A DNA stretch of 64,000 nt from Eledone cirrhosa (taxonomy: Eukaryota): positions 238,948,001 through 239,012,000 of the forward strand of contig OZ024742.1 of assembly GCA_964016885.1 (NCBI GenBank). The letters run 5' to 3'. This document shows positions 39,239 to 53,819 of this stretch, in pieces. Each line of letters starts with the position of its first letter. Position 1 is the first letter of the stretch. The notes below the pieces were generated by a model that was not told the origin of the DNA, did not search any database, and worked only from the letters and a program-made list of their open reading frames with translations. Position numbers and translations under genes: made by a program.

Positions 39239-42200
39239 TAAATAACTAAAATGATTGTAAATTGGCTAAAAACGGCATCATAAATTACTAAAATGACTCT
39301 AAAATGGCTAAAAGCGGCATCATAAATGACTAAAATGACTCTAAAGTGGCTAAAACGGCTCCTTAAATGACTATAACAACAGTAAAATGGCTAAAACAGA
39401 CTCTTAAATGGCTAAAATGACTCTAAAATAGCTAAAACGGCACCATATATGACTAAAATGACTCCCAAATGGTTAAAACGGACTTTTAAATGGCTAAAAT
39501 GACTCTAAAACGGCTAAAACGGCATTATAAATGATTAAATGACTCTAAAAAGGAAAAAAAACGGCATCATAAGTTACTAAAATGACTCCAATATGGCTAA
39601 AACGGCACCATAAATGATTAAAATTACTCTACAATGGCTAAAACGGCATCATGAATGACTAAGATGTGTCTAAAATGGCTAAAAACGGCTTCATAAATGA
39701 CTAAAATGACTCTAAAATGGCTAAAACGGCATCATAAACAACTAAAATGACTCTAAAATGGCTAAAACGGCTTTATAAATGACTAAAATGACTCTAAAAG
39801 GGCAAAAAACGGCTTCATAAATGACTAAAACGACTCTAAAATGGCTAAAACAGCATTATGAATGATTAAAACGATACTAAAATGGCTAAAACGGATCCTT
39901 AAATAGCTAAAATGACTAAAGCGGCGCCATAAATGACTAAAACGACTCTAAAATGGCTAAAACGACACATTAAATGACTAAAATGAGTCTGAAATGGCTA
40001 AAACGGGTCCATAAATGCATAAAGCGACTGTAAAATGGCTAAATCGACACAAAAATGGCTAAAATGACACTTTAAATAACTAAAACGACGCTAAAACGGC
40101 ACCTTAAATGACTAAAATGACTCTAAAATGGCTAAAATAGCATTATGAATGAATATAACAACAGTAAAATGGCCAAAACAGACTCTTAAATGGCTAAAAT
40201 AATTCTAAAATGGCTAAAACGGGAACATAAATGACTAAAATGAATTTAAAATGGCTAAAACGGCATAATGAATTACTAAAATGACCCTAAATGGGCTAAA
40301 ACGGCATCATAAATGACTAAAATGACTCCCAAATGGTTATAACGGACTTTTAAATGATTAAAACGGCTAAAACGGCATTATAAATTACTAAAATGACTCT
40401 AAAATGGCAAAAAACGGCATTATAACTTACTAAAATGACTCCAAAATGGCTAAAACGGCATCATAAATGACTAAAATTACTCTACAATGGCTAAAACGGC
40501 GTCATGAATGACTAAAATGTGTCTAAAATGGCTAAAAACGGCATCATAAATGACTAAAACGACTCTAAAATGGCTAAAACGGCACGATAAAGAACTAAAA
40601 TGAGTTTGAAATGGTTAAAACGGCTCCAAATGTGACTAAAACGACTGTAAAATGGCTAAATCGACACAAAATGGCTAAAACGGTATCATAAATGACTAAA
40701 ATGACTCTAAAATGGCTAAATCGGCATCATAAGTTACTAAAATGACTCTAAAATGGCTAAAACGGCATCATGAATGACTAAAATTACACTAAAATGGCTA
40801 AAACGGCTCCTTAAATGACTAATATGACACTAAAATGCCTAAAACGGCATCATAAATGACTAAAGTGACACTAAAAGGCCTAAAACGGAATCATCAATAA
40901 CTAAAATGACTCTAAAAAGGCTAAAACGGAATCATAAATGACTAAAATGACTCTTAAATGGATAAAACGGAATCATAAATGACTAAAATGACACTAAAAT
41001 GGCTTAACACGGCATCATAAATGACTAAAATGACTCTAAAATGACTAAAATGGCTCCTTAAATCACTAAAACGACTCTAAAATGGCTAAAACAGCATCAT
41101 GAATGACTAAAACGATACTAAAATGGCTAAGACGGATCCTTAAATGGCTAAAATGACGCTAAAATGGCTAAAGCGGCGCCATAAATGACTAAAACGACTC
41201 TAAAATGGCTAAAACGACACATTAAATGACTAAAATGAGTCTGAAATGGCTAAAACGGGTCCATAAATGCATAAAGCGACTGTAAAATGGCTAAACCGAC
41301 ACAAAAATGGCTAAAATGACACCTTAAATGACTAAAATGACACCATTATGGCTAAAATCACTCGTTAAATAACTAAAACGACTCTAAAATTGCTAAAATG
41401 ACACCTTAAATGACTAAAACGACTCTAAAATGGCTAAAACAGCTCCTTAAATGACTGAAATGACTCTAAAATGGCTAAAACGGCATTATGAATGACTATA
41501 ACAACAGTAACATGGCCAAAACAGACTCTTAAATGGCTAAAATGATTCTAAAATGGCTAAAACGGCACCATAAATGACTAAAATGAATCTAAAATGGCTA
41601 AAACGGCATCATAAATGACTAAAATGACTCTTAAATGGCTAAAATGACTCTTAAACTGCTAAAATGACTTTTAAATGGCTAAAATGACTCTTAAACTGCT
41701 AAAATGGCTCCTTAAATGACTAAAACGACTCTAAAATGGCTAAAACGGCATCATAAATAACTAAAATGACTCTAAAATGGCTAAAACGGCATCATGAATG
41801 ACTAAAATGACACTAAAACTGCTAAAATGGCTCCTTAAATGACTAAAACGAATCTAAAATGGCTAAAACAGCATCATAAATAACTAAAATGACTCTAAAA
41901 TGGCTAAAACGGCATCATGAATGACTAAAATGACACTAAAATGGCTAAAACGGCTCTTTAAATGACTAAAATGACACTAAAATGCCTAAAACGGCATCAT
42001 AAATGACTAAAATGACCCTAAAATGGCTAAAACGGCTTCATAAATGACTAAAATGACTAAAACGATACTAAAATGGTTAAAACGGATCCTTAAATGGCTA
42101 AAATGACGCTAAAATGGCTAAAGCAGCGCCATAAATGACTAAATCGACACAAAAATGGCTAAAATGACACCTTAAATGACTAAAATGGCTAAAGCGGCTC

Positions 42201-42599
42201 CTTAAATGACTAAAATGACTCTAAAATAGCTTAAACGGCATTATGAATGACTATAACAACAGTAAAATGGCCAAAACAGACTCTTAAATGACTAAAATGA
42301 CTCTAAAATGGCTAAAACGGCATATGAATGACTATAACAACAGTAAAATGGCCAAAACAGACTCTTAAATGGCTAAAATGACTCTAAAATGGCTAAAACG
42401 GCATATGAATGACTATAACAACAGTAAAATGGCCAAAACAGACTCTTAAATGGCTAAAATGACTCTAAAATGGCTAAAACGGCATATGAATGACTATAAC
42501 AACAGTAAAATGGCCAAAACAGACTCTTAAATGGCTAAAATGACTCTAAAATGGCTAAAACGGTACCATAAATGACTAAAATGACTCCCAAATGGTTTT

Positions 42600-43480
42600 C
42601 TACCCTTCAGCGTCATCACACTCCCTGCCCGATTTAGCGATATCGGGAAGGGGCATGCTCTCAATTGGTCTTGTTGGCGCTGTTGGTGGTGAAGGGGATG
42701 GTGTTTTTGTCGTTGGTGCTGGTAGTTTTTCTGCCACTGCGGCCTCGGGTGGTTTGGCCACTCCAGTCGCGGGCACGGCGTAGGGAAAGGGGGAACGCGT
42801 GCCCGCCTTGGTGAGTTTGGGGCAGAAGGCCTTACGGTGTGTTTTGTCTCCGCACCCATGACACCTTGGGTGCCTACCTTCAACAGTCACAGATAGATGG
42901 CTGCTGTCATCCAGGTCGATCACATAGGAGATGGCCCCTATGCTTTCATGGTTTGATTGGATGATTAGCTCCATCCCCGAGCCTGGCCAGTTTTCCTGTC
43001 TTGTACTCATGACGTCTATGATTGTTGTTGACTCCTCGACGTCAGTGAGGACGGCCGCCATCAGCCAAGCAATCTCCACTGTGGGCGGAACCTCGGTCAC
43101 TCTGATCCTCACGACTCTCTGGCCGCAGTATGCGAACACCATCACTATTTCGTCGCTGTGGAGTGGCGTAATGAAGTGTGCTCTGGCTTCTTCGGGTGTA
43201 GCGAATAGAACATCCACTGTACCATACTTCAATCCTCGGGCTGTGAAGGTTTTCTGTGCCCAGACAGCACCCACAGCCCTTTTGCGATTTCAGTCCAAGA
43301 GTACGGGAGGAGACCGAACACAGACGTCGGTTTTTCATGACGTCGGGTGAGTGGGTGGGGCTGACTCTGTGTCCGATTTTTTTACCAACACCTTGGCCTG
43401 CCTCATCTCCGTGTCACTGACGCGTACTCGTTCAACATTTTTGGCAGCCTTCGTAAATGATGTAGCATGGGCAGCTCCTA
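42600..43480 (-). pseudogene. Gag-like ORF1 with a CCHC zinc knuckle (probably Tx1/L1-type)
   Basis: VTVEGRHPRCHGCGDKTHRKAFCP (CX2CX4HX4C) followed by a Pro/Thr-rich tail. Confidence 0.7.
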
Positions 43481-43513
43481 TCTGCTGTGTGGTTTCGTCG
43501 TTACTGCCGCTAC

Positions 43514-43583
<70 letters not shown>

Positions 43584-43620
43584 GCTGTTGTTGTTGTTGT
43601 TGTTGTTGCTGTTGTTGTTG
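43514..43620. repeat. (TTG)n/(CAA)n microsatellite
   Basis: Direct reading. Confidence 0.97.
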
Positions 43621-43624
43621 TCCT

Positions 43625-43812
43625 GGGTTCAGCTGCACATGCGCCGGAGTCGGAGAAATTAGGAGTAGGGTAAGGAATGTTTGGTGTGGGTGGGGTGGGA
43701 GGAGGTGAAATCGAGGTAGGAGTGGGAGTCAGGGGGTTTAAAGAAGGCGAAGGTGATGAAGGGGCGATGGGAGGGGTCGATGGAGACAGAGATGCCCAGA
43801 AAGTGAACATTA
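43625..43812 (-). pseudogene. Penelope-like RT thumb fragment
   Basis: VHFLGISV...FFKPPDSHSYLDFTSSHPTHTKHSLPYS*FLRLRRMCS matches the FLD..YxKPTD..YL..SxHP..SIPYSQ.LR.RRICS pattern. Confidence 0.75.
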
Positions 43813-44548
43813 ATTAATTTACGAGGGCGGTGAATTGGCAGTATCGGTAGAGGGTCGGACACCATGCTTTGACGCATAGAGTTACGGCCCTTGCCATTCT
43901 GAGTTCAAATCCCGCCGAGGTTAACTTTGTCTTTCATCCTTACGGGGTCGATAAAATAAAGTACCAGTAATGTACTGAGTAATTGCTGGCCTTGTGCCAA
44001 TAGTAGAAACAATTAATTAATTTACGAAGCATTGGGTAAATATGAAATCATATTGTCTGACATTGTTATAGCAACGCTATATATGGCATACATAATATAG
44101 AAAATACTTGAGATGGTCAATCTAGTTTGCATTACGTACATACTATTGAAGGCGTAGTTAAATACACAAAACACTATAGGATCAGAAATGTATAAGAATA
44201 ATGTCATGATGAAATCTGTTTTGAAATGTTTACTATATCTCTATGTTTTTCTACCCAGTACTTGATTGTTTCTAGACTTAATTGACGTCGTATATTTGTG
44301 TACAGACTATTTTACCAAGCGTCGACGTAATAAATCGTATCATTTACGTCTAGAAGCAATAATTTAAAAACACTTCATAGACAACGGTATATACGCTATT
44401 GTGGCATTTTAAATCCCTGAATGAGGTTGTCATTATTTGAGAATTCCAGTCTACTTCAATATGAATAATAGCAAACAACTTTTTTTCATTATTTGTGTGA
44501 AACTTTATACAACACGGCGACTTTCAGAAGCTTTCCTGTCTATTGCAG

Positions 44549-44732
44549 TTGCCTTTAAGAACTCACGGCTATAGAAATATCCATCTTGTCAATAGTGATG
44601 CTACCAGACGGAGAAGACGGAGAAGACGGAGAACTGGAGGAGGTTATTGCATAAAAGTTCTGGTAATATCTATGGTGATTTTACTCCTGGTCGTTCTCGC
44701 TGCAGTTACAACTTTCTTCTTTCTATCAAAAG
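44549..44732 (+). CDS. Exon of a putative type II membrane protein: poly-Arg followed by a transmembrane helix
   Basis: tattgcag acceptor and AAG|gtatga donor (phase 1). Encodes ...RRRRRRRRTGGGYCIKVLVISMVILLLVVLAAVTTFFFLSK. Confidence 0.6.
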
Positions 44733-44955
44733 GTATGATTCAGATTTCATTTCCTGAAATTCTATAAAAAACTAAATTCATGATGTTATTGTTTATCCCC
44801 AGATCAGTTTGGGTTGAATAGACTTGTGACCAAAAAACCTCAACTATGACCAACCCGTCTTTTTATATATCCATGACTACATTGGCCAATACGTCATTCC
44901 GTTTTTGATCTGAGTGAATTTAGCTGCTATTTCTCGATCGAGTGACCGTGTAGAG

Positions 44956-45273
44956 CAGGGGAGTGCAACATATTCTATTTGCGGGATACTTTTGAACATT
45001 GGAACAACTATTAGGGCCATTAATATTTATTAAGCACTATTCCAAAGATTCACCACAACTTCTTTCCATAACATGGAACTGGGAAATTATGACACACATA
45101 CCCTATCAGTGAAGCCCTTTAGTATAGGTCAACTAACAGAAAATTGTATTACGGTTAGGAAAAAAATTCTAAATAAGTCTACAAGGAAAAAATTAAAAAC
45201 AGTCATGGCGGGCCACTCTGACTGGTCTGGCGGGCTGGATTGTGGCCCGCGGGCCGCCCGTTGCAAGCCCCTG
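44956..45273. mobile_element. hAT-type MITE
   Basis: TIRs CAGGGGAGTGCAAC / GTTGCAAGCCCCTG, perfect 8-bp TSD GTGTAGAG, and a TGGCCCGCGGGCC subterminal motif. Confidence 0.9.
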
Positions 45274-48200
45274 GTGTAGAGAATTTATCACTAAGATAGA
45301 TTTTGGTTATCATTACACCCGAAGAGCAGAAGCATTAAATACATCTAGTTGTGCTTATTTTAAGAAAAAAAAAAAAGATAAAATTCAGGTGGTGGGGACC
45401 AGATATGTAAACGAATCTGTTCTCACGAACTTGTATTATTCTTATCGGTGGATTGGCAGTATCGGTAGAGGGTCGGACGCCATGCTTTCCAGCATAGTTA
45501 CGTCCCTTTACGATCTGAGTTCAAATCCCGCCAAGGTTGACTTTGCCTTTCATCCTTATGGGGTCGATAAAATAAAGTACCAGTAATGCACTGGGTAATT
45601 GCTGGCCTTGTGCCTAAAGTAGAAACAATTATTCTTATAATAAAATACAAATAAGTAGGTAGTCTGTCCATAAAAACACAAGAACTGAATGTAGCTTCTT
45701 TTTTATATTAGACAAATTATTTCTCCACTCAATAGTCATTTCAGTTATGTTCCCGTGACTAATTAAAAGGTGACAGTTGTGTGGTGAAAGTCGTTAACAA
45801 ATCAATGGATGAATTAAAAGTAAATTACAACCAGTGGGTGAGTTTTTTTGTTGGAAGAATGTTCCTCGCGAACATTCTTTAACACAGGTTTCTGACTAAG
45901 AATCTTGCGGAACAAATACAATATACACATATATTAAATTGAGCAGTAAGTAGCTAAAGTATACTATAAATATATATATAAACAGTACCAGGTTTAACTG
46001 AAGCTGTGGTAATGTGTTAGTAAACAAGCATATATGAAGCGAACTTTTATTTGTGGTGGAAGAAATGACAAACACGACAAATACCAACAATTCTGGTTTC
46101 ACTCCAGCAAAAAGGAAAAATATGATTACTTCGAATCGTAAATAAAATGTTTTATAGTGTTCACAAATAAATATAGTGTTGAGTAAAGCTTCAGTGTTGT
46201 GTACGAATCTTTTGTTTACCATGGAATATTCCCTTAAAAGAAAAGTGACAAGTTATAGTTAACAGTGATGTAGCTGATGTAGTAGTAAACCGTCATATAT
46301 CCAGGCTCTGTTGTACAGGCCAAAGGCAGTGGACTGAAAGTTGTTGTAGTGCCAATGGAAGAATTGCTTTCAGCCCCTTGCCGAGAGGGCCGGAATGTTT
46401 GGCTAAGAGCTACATCTCTCTATTTGCTAGAGCAACTTCCTTGTGGTGTCTCCTTTTTGAGAAACAAGAACCGAATGTGTATAGAAGCTATTTAATATCT
46501 GATAAACTGCAAATTACTCCCTTCTCCAGACCGGGTGACGCTAGATTTTGAAGCAAAAAAAAAAGAGCAACGCGTTGCCCAGAGGTCAGCATACGTGGCC
46601 ACAATGACCTACTTTGCTAACATCAGAACAAGAGTTTTTAAATCATTGCTACATATATGTGTGTGTAAACATGTAAACATATCTTATTTACGCGTTTCCC
46701 TATAGACTGAAAAAGTTGAATACATTTGCTCGAGTTTCGTTTCTAATTAAAAACATATTCAGAAGCTGGATACATTGCTCACAATTCACAGAGAAATACG
46801 TAATTAAAGGTTTTATAAACCCATCGAATGCATCAGCAACAAGCTGGAGGTATAAATTTGCATATAATAGTGCTAATGGTGGTAGTTAATTCCCTTGTAT
46901 ATTAAATGTTCCCTAAACAACTCAAGTATACTATAAATACGTATATGTACAAAAACAGTACAGGATTCATCCGCTGCTACGAGAAGTAAGTAAACACGTT
47001 AAACTCCATACTGTTTCTGTATTATCTCAATACACAAATCTAGGGCATGGCCATTTCAGGACCCTAAAACTGATGGGGACAGCAAGGCCAAATACTAAGG
47101 AAAGCAATATTTAAAATGGGCTTTATCGAATTTGATGATGAAGACGAAATGATAACTGTGACTTTTCGAACTTGTTTCACATCTGTGAATGTCAATATGG
47201 TTCTTTTGTTAAATCTCAGAAATAACGTTATATATATGTTCATGAAATAAAGTTTTGGGGGTTTTTTTTAATATTAAATCTGTAATGTGAACGGAAGATC
47301 TTGCTGAAAAGAGGCAAAAATCAACAATGTGGTCAGTGCCCTAGAGGAATAGCGATACGGCTGATCAATGTCTCTCACTCTTTCTCTTTCCCTCTCTCTT
47401 ACTTTTTCAATTGAAACCTGTCTTGTATTAATAATAGCTGAAACGAGAGTATACAATAGCTATTTAACAGTCTACAAAAATTCTTGCAGTGTCTACCGTC
47501 AAACGATTTTTTGTGAATTGTGCTAACACTTATCACGCTTTCAAAAATGCTTCTTGTCTCGCAAACAACAATCTCTGATTCCCAATGTTCTATTTATTTG
47601 GATAGTTTGAGAAATAATGGAAATATTTAATATATGTAAGAAGTATTAGTAATTATATTCACAGTTTGCGTTGGAAAACTGAAATATGAGTAATTACAAA
47701 AGAATATGGTAAAAATACCAAAGGAGTAATAATTGTTTCTACTTTAGGCACAAGGCCAGCAATTACCCAGTGCATTACTGGTACTTTATTTTATCGACCC
47801 CGTAAGGATGAAAGGCAAAGTCAACCTCGGCGGGATTTGAACTCAGATCGTAAAGGGACGTAACTATGCTGGAAAGCATGGCGGCCGACCCTCTACTGAT
47901 ACTGCCAAGAGTAATAATTTTTTCTACTTTAGGCACAAGGCCAGCAATTACCCAGTACATTACTGGTACTTTATTTTATCGACCCCGTAAGGATGAAAGG
48001 CAAAGTTAACCTCGGCCGGATTTGAACTCAGATCATAAAGGGACGTAACTATGCTGGAAAGCATGTCCGACCCTCTACCGATACTGCCAATTCACCGCCC
48101 TACTGCCAAGAGTAATAATGGTTTCTAATTTTGGCACAAGACCAGCAAATGGAAATTGATTTATTTTATTAACCAAAAAGGCGAAATTGACCTCAGCAGG

Positions 48201-48306
48201 ATATGAACGCAGAACGTAAAGGTCCGTAACTAAATGCCACAAAGCATTTTATCCGACACTCTAACGATTCAGCCAATCTAACGCCCTTACCAAAATATAA
48301 TAATTG

Positions 48307-48746
48307 TGTAGCGGCACTACCATACCACGCAACAACAATGTTTCAAGTGCGATTGGGTTAAACAAACCAATCGTATTAGATCGTGCATGAATACATTGTT
48401 GCTTCCGTCTAGTAAAACTTCACGAGAGATTGATCCTAACTCCAACATGAGAAGACATACTACGGAATAGCTCATACCTTATTCTTCGTATTTTCCTTTG
48501 AAGAGGAACTGAATACATCTCGTTGATAAATATTCAGTTCCTCTTCAAAGGAAAATACGAAGAACAAGGTATGAGGTATTCCGTAGTATGTCTTCCCATA
48601 TTGGAGTTAGGATCAATCTCTCGTGAACTAGGAAGTTTTACTAGACGGAAGCAACAATGTATTCATGCGCGATCTAATACGATTGGTTTGTTTAACCCAA
48701 TCGCACACGAAACATTGTTATTGCGAGGTATGGTAGTGCCGCTACA
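48307..48746. mobile_element. Fully palindromic MITE with TGTAG...CTACA ends and a 4-bp TSD (Ginger-like)
   Basis: ~205-bp inverted arms. ATTG is duplicated on both sides; removing the element restores the SINE-tail-like target taataattgtttctac. Confidence 0.7.
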
Positions 48747-49439
48747 ATTGTTTCTACATTTGGCACAATGTAGAAATCTCCTGCTGAGATCAATTTTGCC
48801 TTTCATCCTTTGGGGGTCAATAAAATAAAGTACCAACCGAATATTGTGGTGGGTTTAATCAATTTCCCACCCCCATTACTGATCGTGTGCCAAAAGCCGA
48901 GGTTGACTTAGCCTTTCATCCTTACGAGGTCGATAAAATAAAGTACCAGTAATGCACTGGGTAATTGCTGGCCTTGTGCCTAAAGTAGAAACAATTATTA
49001 CTCCTTTTATCATATTCTTTTGTAATTATGTTTTCCAACACAAATTGTGAATATAATTACTAATACTTCTTACATATATTAATTATTTCGATTATTTTTC
49101 AAACTATCCAAATAACGAAAACATTGGGAATCAGGGATTTTTGTAATAATGTTTCTACACATCAAAACATACTTCTTACTGCCAAAACGCCTAAGCCCGC
49201 GTAGCCCTTATAAATTCTGCTATTTACATACATCAGAACATAATCAGGATAATACCTTGATTCACATATGTTGAATGGAGCCGAATTTTACATGAGATAC
49301 ATGGAAAAAATTTAATATTTTGGCAAAAAATAGGGAGTCGATTTTTTACATGTGAATCAGTAAGGTCCGAGCAGCATTTTAAAATCGAATCGACAACTTC
49401 TGAAAGCAGTATTTATATATTAAATATTTCTATCTACAG

Positions 49440-49730
49440 GCAAAAGCCGGGGTGATTCATTAAATATGACTGGACCAGTAACAACTTCGGCAGATGTTCC
49501 AACAATAACTGAAAAAATAAATACTCAAACTACTCTGAATACAAACTCAGAATTTATTACTGAAAAAATAAAAATGTCATTGAGTACCACACCCAATTAT
49601 TTTCCTACTTATGTGAATTCATCAAGCGTGAGTCGCCAAACAGATCATAGTGCATCAAATATTGACAAAGAGCAGACAATCTTTACTGTTTCAGAAGCTT
49701 TAACAGATAAAAACGTCGTTACCGACTCAG
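49440..49730 (+). CDS. Ser/Thr-rich (mucin-like stalk) exon, phase 1-1, in frame with exon 44549-44732
   Basis: tatctacag acceptor and CAG|gtaaga donor. Open frame GKSRGDSLNMTGPVTTS...TDS. Confidence 0.65.
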
Positions 49731-49879
49731 GTAAGATCCAATATCTCCATACATCATCATAATAGAGAATTTTTTTATGTAGGTTATAAGTGGGTTTAGT
49801 CAAGCGCAGATTGGTTGTGGTAAGAAATTCGCTTCACAACAACGGAGCTCTGAGCAAATATATTCTATTATATAAAGGT

Positions 49880-49987
<108 letters not shown>

Positions 49988-50764
49988 CGTGTGCGTGTGC
50001 GTGTGTGTGTGCGTGTGCGTGCGTGTGTGTGTGCAGCCAATGTATACCGGCGAAAGATGTAAAACGGTGAAAGATCATTGATCTTCAAATGAAGTTTCTT
50101 ACATTGCGTTACAGACACCCCCTTGTCAATCTCGATGGTTAAAAAATAGTGATTGATCCGTTGGGAACCAGTAACCAACGGTGCTATTTCTCATAAATTG
50201 TGAAATAAAATAATCTATAGTATTTGTTACCATGTTCGAAGTTGGTGTGTTTAAAATGAGCTCTAAAGTAAGTTTTGAATATATAGTTTGAGCTGACAGA
50301 CATTTAAAAATACTCTCATAAATTTTCCTATCATATCAGAATTTGTTCATTGAAGCAATGGGTGCCTGACGTGAGATGTATAGATTAAGTGTGGATGATG
50401 CCCGTGGATGAAAGTTAGGGATACTTAAAGATTGGGATGGTAGTATCATGTGCGGAATTAAGTATCAACAGACAGCCATTTAATTTCCAGAGTTAATGTG
50501 CATTGGAGAGATCCTTGACAACTCATGCTGAGATAGAATGGAATAGATTCCCGCTGAATGAAGTGTGAAATGTTCGCAGAGAAGAGAAAACGAAAATGTG
50601 TAGTCTGAAAATTACATTCTGAAAGAACATATAAAGAAATACTTTTGCTGGGTCATTTAACTTTTTGTTGTGAAGCATTTAAAATTATGATAAATAGTGC
50701 AAAAAATATATATTTTGTTTCTTTTTTCTTCCATTTTTTGCTTCGACTAAAATTATTGCTGAAG

Positions 50765-50827
50765 AACCGAAAACTACAACCTTGCCCTCGGATCAATATT
50801 CTACTTTGTCAGATGGCTCTATTGATG
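50765..50827 (+). CDS. Candidate 63-nt phase 1-1 exon (EPKTTTLPSDQYSTLSDGSID)
   Basis: Upstream polypyrimidine tract, weak aag acceptor, consensus G|gtaagt donor; keeps the reading frame. Confidence 0.45.
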
Positions 50828-50855
50828 GTAAGTAAATTCTTGCTAGATATCTTTT

Positions 50856-51690
50856 TCAGGAAACACTTAGACAAATGCAAAAGCAACAGCAAAAACATAA
50901 CAGTTATTATTGAAGCCAGGGAGAGGAACTTAGGCAACCTTAGAGGGAATACTAATAACTAGGCTAAACCCACAAATCAACAACAGATTAGAACTCAGCA
51001 CACACTACTTAACCTAAAAGCTCGCACACGTAATTATTATATCTTAACTTATATATCTTAACACTGAGAGAGATATCTTAACTCAGGCATGTGAAACATG
51101 CGGCCCTTTATAAGCACACCTGCGACCCGCACAAAGGTTTTTACAGCGTGAGCATGTTTTATCTTCATAATATAAAATTTAAAAATTTGTTGTAATGTAA
51201 TTAGTTGTCGTGTGTGGCCCTCAGACAACACATATGTGACCCATGTGGCCCTCAGGGGAGCCTCAGTTTGACATGCTTGTCTTAACTATTCAATCATAAA
51301 GCAGTATGTTATTTGTAGGCAACGACGACAATTCAAAATGGACGGCGATCCGCAGACATCCGCTGGCAAACTGACTCATTCGTGACACGGGTATGTGCTA
51401 GCGAACATACGTAATATACTGCGACAAATGCAGGGATTTTTACATCGGTAGTATCTTTAGACCTCTCCACATCTGCATTAAAGAACATCTCAATACACAC
51501 GCATCCTTTGTCAGGAAACACTTAGGCAAATGCAAAAACATCAACAAAAACAAAACAGTTACTATTAAAGCCAGGGAAAGGAATTTAAGCAACCTTTAAA
51601 GGAATACTAGTAGCTGGGCTAAACCCACAAATCAACAACAGATTAGAACTCAGCACACAATACTTAACATAAAAGTGCACATGTAACTTC
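50856..51690 (+). pseudogene. Two direct copies of a PLE GIY-YIG C-terminal fragment (50856-51030 and 51510-51690)
   Basis: FRKHLDKC...RERNLGNL..GILITRLNPQINNRLEL pattern; the copies are clearly similar. Confidence 0.55.
51084..51279. mobile_element. hAT-type MITE
   Basis: TIRs CAGGCATGTGAAAC / GTTTGACATGCTTG with an 8-bp TSD TCTTAACT. Confidence 0.9.
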
Positions 51691-53021
51691 TGACATAATA
51701 ATGCACACTCGAATAATAGCCAACTCTAACAGACAGTTACAACTAGATACACAATATATGACATATATACGCATGCATACACAAGTCCAAACACATAACT
51801 CAATCCGGAATAGTTAAACTATCCAACTTGATACAACATTTGCATTGAAAAATTAAAATAAAAACATAAACAAAAGCACCCAACTTTAGACAGGAACACG
51901 CACACACAACATTATGCACGTCAGTCCACAGACGACGTCACTTCCGGCAGATTAATACCAAGCGTGAGAAACATTCCTAGGAAACAACTGCAAAAAACAA
52001 AAACAAAACAAAACGTTAAAAGGGAAGCGCAAAATCGACACAGTCATACCTACATACATATATACATACAATGTTGGATCTCCGTCGCTTCCAAAGACGA
52101 TTGATCCAGTTGTTCAACCAACGGAACAGCCATCTCGTAAAATTAACGTGCACGGGGCTGAACATTCCACAAAAATATGCACCCATAATGTACAGGAAAA
52201 TTCAACATAACACATTGTGTGACAAGTATGAATACAGCTCATTTTTGCCGGCTGAGTGAACTGGAGCCAGGGGAAATTTGTCGCCGGGAATCGAACTCAC
52301 GATAGTGAGATGGAAACTCTAACCTACATACATACACTAAAAGTCTAAAGTCTGTCTTAAGCCAGAAGGCTCGTTAGGCCGGTGCTTATCCCGGTTTCAT
52401 TACGCCAGTCCATCGCAGAGTTAAATCCCCAGCTATTGTTGGTACTCATTTTCGGTTGAGTATACTGGAGCAACGTGAAATGAAGTATTTTGCTCAAGAA
52501 CACAACACGCAACCCAGGTATCGAACCCCCGACATTATGATCGAAAGTCTAACACCCTTACCACTAGGCCACGTGCCTCCACACACATATAATATAAAGC
52601 AATAAATAATTTAACGCCCTTATTAACACAACTAACTCACAGAAAACTTGAGGCGTTCCCATTAACTTCTCAGTAAAGTAGGAATAGTAGTCTTGCAATT
52701 TTACACCATATGAATGGCCATACAATAGACAGGCATGGGAAATATATATGATTAGCACTTTTATTAAAGCCAGCCTTAACTTTACAGTTACCTGAAACCA
52801 TAATTAATTTTATAGATATAACTTGTAGACGGAGACTTCGCCCAATCATCATAAACATTCGGTACTAAAAGTATATGTAATATATTCTCAGACATGGTCA
52901 TTTTTAGCAATTCTTTTTTTTTTTTTTCAATCAATTATTAGAATGACACTTTAATAAGAGCTAGTTTAAGGAGTACATTACATTCTAGCCCAAAACATTA
53001 CGATTGACATTCTCCCTTCAG

Positions 53022-53053
53022 ATATGGCTGCGTCAAGGTTTGTACAAGCCCAG
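53022..53053 (+). CDS. Candidate 32-nt exon, frame unresolved
   Basis: ttctcccttcag acceptor and CAG|gtaaga donor. Reads DMAASRFVQAQ or YGCVKVCTSP depending on frame. Confidence 0.35.
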
Positions 53054-53819
53054 GTAAGATTGGGCTAGAAAACTATGAGAACGAGCAGAGTTTTTATTGA
53101 AGTAATAATTCTTTCTAACGTTGGCATAAAGTCAGCAATTTGAGGGAAGAAATGCGTCGATTATATCAACCTCAGTACTTCACTGGTACTTTATTTTATT
53201 GCCCCCGGGATTATAAAAAGCAACGTTGACCTCGACGAGATTGAAACTCAGAATGTAAAGAGGCAGAACAAAAACTTTTCGTTATCTTACCAATACTCAT
53301 CTTTATAATTGGGGGGTGGGGGTGGTAGCAACGTTGATTAAATCAACCCTAATACTTTACTGGTATGTTATTTTATCGACTTAGCTATTTACCTCATTGT
53401 TTCCGATGACAAGTGCTCCAGTTGATTTAATCAACAGAACTGATAGCTCGTGAAATTAGTGTGTAAGTAGCTAAGCATTCCACAGACACGTGCACCCTTA
53501 ATGTAGTTTCCATGGTGATGCAGCATGACACAATGTGTGATAGGGTTGGCTCCTTAAATTACAGGTATTCATGGCCTTACGATCATGAGCCGAACATCCT
53601 AACCACTAAGCCACGCGCCTTCACTGTGTCTGCATACTTGGCATTAAATATGTATAAATTATGAAGCGAGTTCCATAAAACTTGCTGTAAATAAATGGAA
53701 AAAAGAGTTACAAATAATTTTTGGTAAAAATAATTTGCATAATTAAAAGAAAAACGAGCTAAGGGAATTAATACAAATACACCAATAGCATGAAATCATG
53801 ATCGCATTCTGGCTACAAT

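Noticed and set aside
48640-48730. gaaacattgtt hairpin region as a hammerhead
   Set aside because: No CUGANGA; explained by internal symmetry of the MITE.
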